Below are positions 11,353-19,182 of a DNA stretch of 32,544 nucleotides, one piece after another. The stretch is from assembly GCA_026416215.1 (NCBI GenBank), contig JAOAFP010000007.1, forward strand, positions 1 to 32,544. The letters run 5' to 3'. The position numbers were made by a program, and so were the translations under genes. This stretch comes from Negativicutes bacterium (lineage in GTDB: Bacteria > Bacillota > Negativicutes > SKW292). Position 1 is the stretch's first letter, and each line of letters opens with the position of its first letter. Under the pieces are notes generated by a model. That model was not told the DNA's origin, searched no databases, and was given only the letters and a program-made list of their open reading frames with translations.

Positions 11353-13488
11353 ATGAATCCGCTTTTTGCCCTTGACATAGGCACCCGCAGCGTGGTGGGG
11401 ATAGTCGGACGGCTGGACGATCAGCAACAGATCGTCGTTCAGTCGCACTACCGGCTGGAGCACAGAAAACGAGCCATGCTCGACGGGCAGATCCACGATG
11501 TGCCGGAGGTGGCACGGGTGTTGGCGGCGGTGCGGAAAAAACTCAGTGAGGCCGGAGGTCCGCTGACCGAGGTGGCAGTGGCGGCGGCCGGGCGGGCGCT
11601 ACTGACCACCCGGGCTGATGCCGAGCTGCATTTTTCGCCGGCATCACCGCTCAGCCGGCAGGATGAGCACGCCATCGAACTGCTGGCGGTACAGGCCGCC
11701 CAGCGGCAACTGGCCCTGTCGTACGATGAGCGGGCGGCCGCCCAGTACTACTGTGTGGGCTACAGTGTGATCAGCTACCATCTCGATGATTATCCGCTGA
11801 AGAGCCTGGTCGGCCAGACCGGTCGGCACGGCCGGGCGGAAATAGTGGCAACTTTTCTGCCCAGGCAGGTGATCGACAGCCTGCAGGTGGCGGTAAACGA
11901 AGCCGGCATGGAAATTGCCTCGCTGACTCTCGAGCCGATTGCCGCGATCCATCTGCTGGTTCCCGATACCATGCGCCACCTCAACCTCGTGCTGGTGGAC
12001 GTGGGGGCGGGGACCTCGGACATAGCTGTCACCAGTGACGGGGCGATTGTCGCCTATGGGATGGTGCCGCATGCCGGTGACGAGATCACCGAGGAACTGT
12101 CCCAGCAGTACCTGCTGGATTTCAACGAGGCTGAGTGGCTTAAGATCGCTTACAGCCGGGCGGCAGAGGGAGCGGAGCTGACTGCCCGCAACGTACTGGG
12201 ACGGGAAATTTTGGTTGCCCGGTCGGCGGTGGCGGCCTGCGTAGACCGGGCGGTTGCCCGGCTGGCCGATGAAATCGGCCGGGAGATCATCCAGCTGAAC
12301 GGTAAGCTGCCACAGGCTGTGCTGTTAGTCGGCGGCGGGGCCATGACCCCCAATCTGGATAAGTTTCTGGCCGGGCGGCTGGGGTTGCCGACGGAGCGGA
12401 TTGCCGTCCGCCGTCCGGACACGGTGGGCGGGTTTCTTAACCTGCCGGAAGAACTGTCGGCGTCGGACGCGGTTACCCCGCTGGGGATCATCGCACTGGC
12501 CGGCCGGCAGCGCTACCAGTTTATAACGGTGACTGTCAACGGCGAACGGTACCGGCTGTTTAATCTGGGGCGGCTGACGGTGGCAGACGGGCTGCTGGCG
12601 GCCGGCAGCGATCTGCGACGGGTGTTCGGCCAGCCAGGCAAAGGACTGACGGTGACGATCAACGGGCAGACCCGGACTGTCCCCGGGACGCTGAACCAAC
12701 CGGGCGAAGTGAGGAAGAACGGCGAAGTGTGCGCCATGGAAACCGGTCTTGACGACGGTGACGTGTTGACTGTGGTCCACGGGGTGGACGGCAGTCCCCC
12801 GCAGCTGACGGTGGCCGATTTGCTGCCGGTCCATGCCGCGGTGGAAATTTCAGTCAACGGCAAGGAATACCGGCTGGACGGAATGGTTAGCATCAATGGC
12901 CGTCGTGCCCGGTATGACACGCCGGTGGGCGATCGCGACGTGATCGTAACTGAAAATTTTGGCCGCATCGGTGAAATTCTTCAGTATTTCACCATCGACC
13001 ACACGGCACCGTCCTGCGAATTTTTCGTCAACGGCGAACGCCGTCAGTATCAGGCCCGGACCGAAATCCGCCTTAACGGCCAGCTGTGTGGCCCCGATCA
13101 ACTGGTATCGCCCGGTGACCGGGTGGAGATCGAGTTTTCCGGGGCGCCGACGGTTGGGGAACTGGTTAATGAGGACTGTGGGGACGATCAGTACATCACT
13201 CTGACCTTCAACGGCCAGCGCTGCGATCTGGCGGTGGCCCGCAACCAGCTGCTGCTGGACGGACAGGAAGTCGAACCGCACACCAGAATTTATCCCCGGG
13301 CCGAGCTGGTGATCAACCGGCAACGACTTAGCCAGCCTATCGTCAGCGACGTGCTGCTGGCGGCCGGCTACCAGCCACCGCTGTCGGTGGGGCGCGGGAA
13401 AATTTTTATCACCGTTAACGGCCGGCCGGCAGAGTTTATCACTCCGGTGGCGGCCGGTGACGAAATTACGATCGGGGTGACTGAATAG
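11353..13488 (+). CDS. Actin-fold (ASKHA; FtsA/PilM/EutJ-like) ATPase fused to a C-terminal array of 5-6 ThiS/MoaD-like beta-grasp modules. Function unknown.
   Basis: ASKHA motifs are FALDIGTRSVVG (phosphate 1), LVLVDVGAGTSDIAV (phosphate 2) and VLLVGGGAMTPNL (adenosine). The C-terminal roughly 320 aa repeats the pattern h-x-h-x-h-N-G ... N-G ... G-D-x-h-x-h. I prefer ATG 11353 (GGAGA 7 nt upstream; MNPLFALDIGT) over the track start 11302. Confidence 0.75.
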   Translation: MNPLFALDIGTRSVVGIVGRLDDQQQIVVQSHYRLEHRKRAMLDGQIHDVPEVARVLAAVRKKLSEAGGPLTEVAVAAAGRALLTTRADAELHFSPASPLSRQDEHAIELLAVQAAQRQLALSYDERAAAQYYCVGYSVISYHLDDYPLKSLVGQTGRHGRAEIVATFLPRQVIDSLQVAVNEAGMEIASLTLEPIAAIHLLVPDTMRHLNLVLVDVGAGTSDIAVTSDGAIVAYGMVPHAGDEITEELSQQYLLDFNEAEWLKIAYSRAAEGAELTARNVLGREILVARSAVAACVDRAVARLADEIGREIIQLNGKLPQAVLLVGGGAMTPNLDKFLAGRLGLPTERIAVRRPDTVGGFLNLPEELSASDAVTPLGIIALAGRQRYQFITVTVNGERYRLFNLGRLTVADGLLAAGSDLRRVFGQPGKGLTVTINGQTRTVPGTLNQPGEVRKNGEVCAMETGLDDGDVLTVVHGVDGSPPQLTVADLLPVHAAVEISVNGKEYRLDGMVSINGRRARYDTPVGDRDVIVTENFGRIGEILQYFTIDHTAPSCEFFVNGERRQYQARTEIRLNGQLCGPDQLVSPGDRVEIEFSGAPTVGELVNEDCGDDQYITLTFNGQRCDLAVARNQLLLDGQEVEPHTRIYPRAELVINRQRLSQPIVSDVLLAAGYQPPLSVGRGKIFITVNGRPAEFITPVAAGDEITIGVTE
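12523..13485 (+). repeat. Protein-level tandem array of about 60-aa beta-grasp-like modules inside the ASKHA gene
   Basis: In-frame seeds are ITVTVNG (12523), LTVTING (12646), VEISVNG (12841), CEFFVNG (13015), ITLTFNG (13195) and IFITVNG (13402). Most are followed by a second NG/DG and a GD-x-hydrophobic strand: DDGDVLTVV, GDRDVIV, PGDRVEIEF, AGDEITIGV. The DNA itself is not a near-identical repeat. Confidence 0.7.
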
Positions 13489-14430
13489 ATGACAAAGACG
13501 GGCCGTCGCGGTTATGACGAGCTGATAACTGCCGGCGACTGGCGGCGAATGCTGCAGGGAGCTTATCTGGCCTTTGTCAGGGAATACCACGCCATTGACC
13601 GGCTGAACTGCCGGGATGGGGTTAAAGGCGACACCGGAACCAACTTGCTGCTGACGGTGATGGCTGCACACCGGACGGCCCAGGCGACTGGTCAGGACGA
13701 CGGGCTGGGCGTGGTCTGCCGGCGGGCGGCCGACAGTGCCAGGCTGGCCGCCCGTGGTGCGGCGGGGAAGGTACTGGCCACTATGATGGACGGTCTGGCT
13801 GCCGGTCTGGCCGGTGAGGATAAGGCCACGGCGGCCAAAATGAGCCGGGCCCTGCAGCGGGCCATTCTGGCTGCCTACCGGGCTTCGGCCCGACCGGACG
13901 AAGGGGCGATGGTGGTGATCAGCCGGGCGATGGCCAGAGGGGCCCGGGCGGCCTTGTCCCGGCACTGGTCACTGGCCGAAGTGCTGGCTGCGGCGATTGA
14001 AGTGGGTGAGGAGGAAATTGGCCGCTGGGCAGATGCCGGCCGGACCGGGGGCTGGCAGGATCCGGGCGCCAGGGGGTTACTCCTGTTTCTGCGCGGCTGC
14101 CGGGAAGGATTGCTGGGGGCCAGTGACAGTCCCGAGGCCGATTTCGACCTCTGCCTGGAGCCGGTGGACGAACGGGGACAACCACTGACCAGCGGGGAAA
14201 TACTGCCGTACCGCCTGCGCCTGACCGTGAACGGCGCCCGTCTGCCGGCGGCAGCTGTAACCCGACAGTTGCTGGGGCTGGGGCGGGAGGTGATGGTTAA
14301 CCGCAACGGCGACCGGCTGACCGTCGGATTGGACACCGCCGCACCGGGCAGGGTGATCGACTGTGCCCTGTCGTGGGGGATAATCGGTGAGGTAAAAATT
14401 GTCAGCCGGGCAGATGCCGGGGATGGCTGA
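13489..14430 (+). CDS. Dak2/DhaL-like (FakA/YloV N-domain-like) protein with a C-terminal extension of about 75 aa carrying the same TVNG module motif
   Basis: ATG 13489 abuts the upstream TAG (13486-13488). Motifs IDRLNCRDGVKGDTGTNLL, ARGAAGKVL, ARPDEGAMVVISR and DPGARGLLLF align by eye with the Dak2 signatures LNVFPVPDGDTGTNM, GARGNSGVIL, PVEGTILTV and DSGGKGL. The C-terminus is YRLRLTVNGARL...VNRNGDRLTV. Confidence 0.65.
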   Translation: MTKTGRRGYDELITAGDWRRMLQGAYLAFVREYHAIDRLNCRDGVKGDTGTNLLLTVMAAHRTAQATGQDDGLGVVCRRAADSARLAARGAAGKVLATMMDGLAAGLAGEDKATAAKMSRALQRAILAAYRASARPDEGAMVVISRAMARGARAALSRHWSLAEVLAAAIEVGEEEIGRWADAGRTGGWQDPGARGLLLFLRGCREGLLGASDSPEADFDLCLEPVDERGQPLTSGEILPYRLRLTVNGARLPAAAVTRQLLGLGREVMVNRNGDRLTVGLDTAAPGRVIDCALSWGIIGEVKIVSRADAGDG

Positions 14431-14507
14431 CGGCAGCATCCGCAGCCGTAGCGGCCGGCCGTCGGCCGGCGTCTGCTGGTAGCGAAATTACGGAGGTGGG
14501 GTGGCTG

Positions 14508-16040
14508 GTGACGACGTTATACCTTGACGGGCACAGCCTGACGGTTGAAGATGTCGAGGCGGTGGCCCGGCGCTGGCGGCCGGTGTCGATCAGTCAGCTG
14601 GGTGTTGAGCAGCTTCGGCGCAGCCGGGCGGTAGTTGACCGGGTGCTGGCGGACGAGGTTCCCATGTACGGCATTTCGACCGGATTTGGCGAACTGAGTT
14701 CGGTGTACATTGTGGCGGATAAGCGGGCACTACTCCAGTACAACCTGATCGTCAGCCACGCAGCGGGAACAGGCGGGCTGCTGCCGGTTGACACTGCCCG
14801 GGCGGTAATGCTGCTCAGGCTGAACTCGTTGTGTAAGGGGTTTTCCGGGGTCAGACCGGAAACGGCCGGATTTATCGCCGAAATGCTTAACCGCCGGGTG
14901 ACTCCGGCCATTCCCTGCAAGGGATCGGTGGGAGCCAGCGGCGATCTGGCGCCGCTGGCCCACATGGCACTGGCGATGATCGGCGAGGGCGAGGTGTTTT
15001 ACAATGACCGGCTCTGGCCGGCCCGGCAGGCCCTGGCCGAAGTGGGGCTAATCCCGCTGGAGCTGGCCGGCAAAGAGGGGCTGGCCCTGATCAACGGCAC
15101 ATCGGTAATGTCGGCCTACGGCAACCTGGCCTGTTATGATGCCGGGCAGCTGCTGAAGCTGGCGGACATCGCCGGTGCCATGTCGCTGGAAGCCCTGAAG
15201 GGCACCCGGCGGGCCTTCGACCCGCGGGTGGCGGCTGTACGTCCCCACCCCGGGCAGGCAGCCACCGCCGACAATATCCTGCGGCTGACCGGGGACAGCG
15301 AGATTATTGCCTCGCATGCCAACTGCCGACGGGTGCAGGATGCTTATTCGCTGCGCTGCATATCCCAGGTCCACGGGGCATCGAAGGATGCCTGGCGGCG
15401 GGTGCGGGAGGTGCTGGACACCGAGAACAATTCGGTGACCGACAATCCGCTGATTATGCCGGACAGCGGCGAAATAATATCCGGTGGTAATTTCCATGGT
15501 CAGCCGGTGGCTTTGGTTATGGATTATGCCAAGGTGGCAACGGCTGAAATCGGCAATATTGCCGAGCGGCGAATCGCCCGGCTGGTCGACCCGGCCCTCA
15601 GCGGGCTGCCACCATTTCTGACTGCCAACGCCGGACTGCACTCGGGGATGATGATCATGCAGTACACAGCGGCCGCTCTGGTATCGGAAAACAAAGTGCT
15701 CTGCCATCCGGCCAGCTGTGATTCCATCCCCACCTCGGCCAACCAGGAGGATCACGTCAGCATGGGTACGATAGCCGCCCGCCAGCTTGGGGAAATACTG
15801 GAAAATGTCCGCAGTGTGGTGGCTATCGAATTGTTGTGTGCCGCCCAGGCGCTGGACTTCATGAAGCCGCTGCGGCCTGGGGTGGGGGTGGCGGCGGCCC
15901 GGACAGCCATTCGTGAGCTGGTCCCCCACTGGCAAGTCGACCGAATTGCCGCAGCTGACATGGAGGCTGTCCGGCGGATGGTGGCCGATGGCAGTCTGCT
16001 GGCCAGGGTGGAGGGAGCGGTTGGCAGTCTAGCGGTCTGA
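14508..16040 (+). CDS. hutH: Histidine ammonia-lyase (MIO-dependent)
   Basis: MIO-forming triad in GSVGASGDLAPLAHMAL, YGISTGFG, and the HAL-type Ser-His selectivity pair in LIVSHAAGTG. Also NSVTDNP and QEDHVSMG. I prefer GTG 14508 (GGAGG 12 nt upstream; MTTLYLDGHSLT) over 14496. Confidence 0.9.
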   Translation: MTTLYLDGHSLTVEDVEAVARRWRPVSISQLGVEQLRRSRAVVDRVLADEVPMYGISTGFGELSSVYIVADKRALLQYNLIVSHAAGTGGLLPVDTARAVMLLRLNSLCKGFSGVRPETAGFIAEMLNRRVTPAIPCKGSVGASGDLAPLAHMALAMIGEGEVFYNDRLWPARQALAEVGLIPLELAGKEGLALINGTSVMSAYGNLACYDAGQLLKLADIAGAMSLEALKGTRRAFDPRVAAVRPHPGQAATADNILRLTGDSEIIASHANCRRVQDAYSLRCISQVHGASKDAWRRVREVLDTENNSVTDNPLIMPDSGEIISGGNFHGQPVALVMDYAKVATAEIGNIAERRIARLVDPALSGLPPFLTANAGLHSGMMIMQYTAAALVSENKVLCHPASCDSIPTSANQEDHVSMGTIAARQLGEILENVRSVVAIELLCAAQALDFMKPLRPGVGVAAARTAIRELVPHWQVDRIAAADMEAVRRMVADGSLLARVEGAVGSLAV

Positions 16041-16067
16041 GTCCCGGTGTGCGACGATGGTGGCACA

Positions 16068-16107
16068 AAAATTAAGAGCCTGCTTGCCGGGGCAGGCTCT
16101 TAATTTT
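16068..16107. terminator. Bidirectional intrinsic terminator between convergent hutH and the minus-strand hydrolase-like gene
   Basis: AAAATTAAGAGCCTGC (16068-16083) pairs perfectly (16 bp) with GCAGGCTCTTAATTTT (16092-16107). The loop is 8 nt. An A-tract on one side and a T-tract on the other allow termination in both directions. Confidence 0.9.
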
Positions 16108-16142
16108 GTCCGGGTTTTTGCGCCGGCCGGTGGCCGGCATGG

Positions 16143-17711
16143 TCACTGGCGGCTAAAAACCGCCGGCTGAGCCGGGGTGGAGAAAGCGTCGACCGTCAGC
16201 TGGCTGTACCGGCCGCCTACCGGCCGGCCGAACGACACCGTTCCCGACAGATCATCGATTAGATAAGGCAGGTCGAGGTGGTACCGGTCACCACCAATCG
16301 GCTGCAGCGGGTAGCGAAGGTTGACGTAGCCGAGCTGGGCGTACAGCCGCCCCTGTTCGGCAGTGACGACAATCGTTCCGTACAGAGGATGGCGGTAGCG
16401 GCCGACAAACGGCGAAGGGTCGGCAGGATCGGGAAAGGCGGCCGGCGGCTGGTCGGACAACCTGGCGGCCCGCCAGGCGGCCAGGCGGTCAGCAGCCAAC
16501 GGCGGCAGCGGCGGCTGGGAGATTGCCGCCAGGAAATCGATTGCCAGATCACGCACCACCAGCGGCCGGCTGAGGTTGGCGACGATAATCACCCCGGTGT
16601 GCAGATCGGGGGCGAAGGCCATGACCGACTGGCAGCCGCCGGTGCGGTCGTATTGATAAAAGATATCCTGGCCGTTGATTACGGTGTAAAGCCAGCCTGG
16701 ACACCCCCAGGTTCCGGGATCATCGGCAGTTACCGCCACCGGTCTGCGGGTCTCGCGGAGGCTGGCCGGGCTTATCACCTGGCGGTGGGCAAACATTCCG
16801 TCGTTAAGCTGCATGATCAGGAAATTGCCGAGGTTCCGGACGGTGGAATTGACGGCCAGCCCGGCTCCGTATTCATACAGTGCGCCGAGATAAGGCCAGT
16901 TGTCGGGCAATTGGCGCAACTGGCCGTTCTGCCACTGGTGCAGGCCGAACCGGTCGACGGCATCGATGAAATTGCTGCTGCCGGTGGTGGTGCGGAACAT
17001 TGACAGGTAGCGCAGCAGGTCGTCGCTGAGAATTTTCTCCCATGGCCGCTCACCGTGCCGCTCGAGCAGCTTGCCGAGAAGGGTATGGGTGGCAAGCTGA
17101 GGCTGGCAGATCGTACCGGGAGGGGTTAGCTGGCTGATGGCCGGTATGGCGAGCAAGATGTCCTGACGGGTTGCGCCGAACAGCGACTGACCCACGCCGG
17201 CGTCGGCTGGCAGGCCGGCGGCATTGGCCAGCAGCTGGCGGACGGTGACCGACTGCCGGTCGGCACTGTTATTCCACTGGAACGGAGGATAAACCTTGGC
17301 CAGCGGGCTGTCCCAGCTGAAATAACGGCGGTCAACAGCCAGGGCGGCAAGGCTTGCGGTCAGCGGCTGGGTCAGACGGCCGATCGGAAAAATAGTGTCA
17401 AGGTCGGGTGGCTGCCGGTCGTCGGCGGCCAGCTGGCCAAACCCCTGCCAGTAGACCAGTGAATCATTCTCGACTACCGCCACTACCAGCCCCGGCGCCT
17501 GAATGGCAGCCTGAGCCTTCTGGCAGTTGCCAGCCAGCTGCTGCCATAGCAGCTGGCGCTGCTGGTCGGCGGCGGAACTGTCCGAGGTCAGGACTTGCCT
17601 GAGCTGCTGGTTGACGCCGGCCAGGGGGTCGGCGGCAGCGGCTGAAGCCGGCAGCGACGGGGCAATAGCCAGGGTGACGACGGTGAACAGGGATAAAAGC
17701 CGGATTGCCAT
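16143..17711 (-). CDS. Secreted beta-lactamase / peptidase S12 family protein with a substituted active site (predicted pseudoenzyme). The C-terminal domain is lipocalin-like.
   Basis: Signal peptide MAIRLLSLFTVVTLAIAPSLPASAAAA. Family pattern PGLVVAVVENDSLVY...DLDTIFPIGRLTQPLTASL...VTVRQLLANAAGL. Where the family has S-x-x-K, this protein reads R-L-T-Q (codons at 17378-17367, minus strand). Confidence 0.7.
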   Translation of the reverse strand: MAIRLLSLFTVVTLAIAPSLPASAAAADPLAGVNQQLRQVLTSDSSAADQQRQLLWQQLAGNCQKAQAAIQAPGLVVAVVENDSLVYWQGFGQLAADDRQPPDLDTIFPIGRLTQPLTASLAALAVDRRYFSWDSPLAKVYPPFQWNNSADRQSVTVRQLLANAAGLPADAGVGQSLFGATRQDILLAIPAISQLTPPGTICQPQLATHTLLGKLLERHGERPWEKILSDDLLRYLSMFRTTTGSSNFIDAVDRFGLHQWQNGQLRQLPDNWPYLGALYEYGAGLAVNSTVRNLGNFLIMQLNDGMFAHRQVISPASLRETRRPVAVTADDPGTWGCPGWLYTVINGQDIFYQYDRTGGCQSVMAFAPDLHTGVIIVANLSRPLVVRDLAIDFLAAISQPPLPPLAADRLAAWRAARLSDQPPAAFPDPADPSPFVGRYRHPLYGTIVVTAEQGRLYAQLGYVNLRYPLQPIGGDRYHLDLPYLIDDLSGTVSFGRPVGGRYSQLTVDAFSTPAQPAVFSRQ

Positions 17712-17798
17712 GTGTACCTCTTAACAGATATTGTGCGCCGGGCGGTGCTGTCAACCGGGGTTTCGGCAAAGCCCGGCTATTATCCTGCCGGCGGTTTG

Positions 17799-17807
17799 TG
17801 ATATACT
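17799..17807 (+). promoter_or_regulatory. Candidate extended -10 promoter element (TGaTATACT) for the lysA-like gene
   Basis: TG-n-TATACT sits about 85 nt upstream of ATG 17891. No good -35 hexamer is present. Weak, sequence-only call. Confidence 0.3.
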
Positions 17808-17890
17808 GGGCGAGGTCTGCTGCCGGCAGGAGAAGTGGGACATCCCCGGTTCCTGCCGGAGGACTCCATAATCAAAAGGGGCCGAGTGGG

Positions 17891-19147
17891 ATGAAACAGC
17901 TGAAAAGTGAAAAAATGCCGCCGTTTGCTGCCGCCGTCTGGCGCGAGCTGGCGGAAAAATACGGCACGCCGCTCTACGTTTACGACCGGGCGGGAATAAT
18001 CCGGTCGCTGACCGGTTTGCAGCAGGCATTCGCCTGGGTGCCGGGCTACAAGGAATATTTTGCCGTGAAGGCCAACCCCAATCCCCAGATACTGCGGCTT
18101 CTGGCCGATAACGGGGCCGGGGCTGACTGTGCGTCGCTGGCCGAACTGATCCTGGCCGAGCGGGTGGGACTGAAGGGAGAGGAGATTATTTTCACTTCCA
18201 ACCAGACCCCCGATCAGGAGTTCGTCAAGGCCTGCGAGCTAGGGGCGATCATCAATCTTGATGACATCAGCCACATCGAGGTGGTGGAGGGGCTGTGCGG
18301 GCTGCCGGAATTGCTGTCTTTCCGCTACAATCCCGGTGAGGCCCGCTCGGTGGGCAACAGTATCATCGGCCTGCCGGCTGAAGCCAAGTACGGTATGACC
18401 CGGGACCAGCTGTTGACGGCGGTGGGAATTTGCCGGAAAAAGGGAGTCAGGCGGTTCGCTCTGCACACCATGGTGGTTTCCAATGAACTAAACGGCCAGT
18501 GCTTTGTAGACACGGCCAGGATGATGTTTGAACTGGCGGTGGAAATCTACCGGTGTTGGCAAATCAAAGTCGAAATGATCAACCTCGGCGGGGGTGTGGG
18601 CATTCCCTATCTCCCTCAGCAGCAGCCGGTTGACCTGCCGGCTGTCGGCGGGGCCATCCGCCGGCTGTACGACCATTTGCTGGTGGCCAACAGGCTGACC
18701 GGCATTCGTCTAAGCCACGAGTGTGGCCGGCTGATCACCGGTCCGCACGGATATTTGCTGACGCGGGCCATCCGCCACAAAAACACCTACAAAAATTACA
18801 TTGGGGTGGATGCCTGCATGGCCAACCTTATGCGGCCGGGAATGTACGGTGCCTATCACCACATCACGGTGGTGGGCAAGGAAGGGTTGCCGTACGGGCA
18901 GAAGTACGACGTGGTCGGCAGCCTGTGCGAAAACAACGACAAATTTGCCATCGACCGCCCGCTGCCGGCCATTGACGCCGGCGACCTGCTGGTGATCCAC
19001 GACGCTGGGGCTCACGGCTATGCGATGGGCTTTAACTACAACGGCCGGCTCAGGTGTCCGGAGGTGATGGTCGGTGAACAAGGTGAAAGCTGGATGATCC
19101 GTCGTGGCGAGACGCTGGACGATTATTTCGCCACCATGATCTGGTAA
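17891..19147 (+). CDS. lysA: PLP-dependent Orn/DAP/Arg decarboxylase family 2 enzyme, probably diaminopimelate decarboxylase
   Basis: PLP-lysine motif YFAVKANPNP, GTPLYVYD, the NLGGGVGIPY glycine loop, ECGRLITGP, CENNDKF and AGAHGYAMGFNYNGR. The upstream 62 codons of the track ORF overlap the divergent gene start and look non-coding, so the start is set at ATG 17891 (MKQLK...). Confidence 0.7.
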   Translation: MKQLKSEKMPPFAAAVWRELAEKYGTPLYVYDRAGIIRSLTGLQQAFAWVPGYKEYFAVKANPNPQILRLLADNGAGADCASLAELILAERVGLKGEEIIFTSNQTPDQEFVKACELGAIINLDDISHIEVVEGLCGLPELLSFRYNPGEARSVGNSIIGLPAEAKYGMTRDQLLTAVGICRKKGVRRFALHTMVVSNELNGQCFVDTARMMFELAVEIYRCWQIKVEMINLGGGVGIPYLPQQQPVDLPAVGGAIRRLYDHLLVANRLTGIRLSHECGRLITGPHGYLLTRAIRHKNTYKNYIGVDACMANLMRPGMYGAYHHITVVGKEGLPYGQKYDVVGSLCENNDKFAIDRPLPAIDAGDLLVIHDAGAHGYAMGFNYNGRLRCPEVMVGEQGESWMIRRGETLDDYFATMIW

Positions 19148-19149
19148 GG

Positions 19150-19182
19150 CTGCCGGAAAACGCGATTAACCGGCAGGATTTT
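19150..19182 (+). terminator. Possible intrinsic terminator after the lysA-like gene
   Basis: CTGCCGG (19150-19156) pairs with CCGGCAG (19070+100 numbering: 19170-19176), followed by GATTTT. The 13-nt loop is large, so confidence is moderate only. Confidence 0.45.

Noticed and set aside
17712-17890. Possible lysine riboswitch (L-box) in front of the lysA-like gene.
   Set aside because: The candidate leader downstream of the putative -10 is only about 85 nt, far shorter than an L-box (about 180 nt). I could not find the conserved L-box core by eye. Only a short self-complementary CTGCCGGCAG is present.
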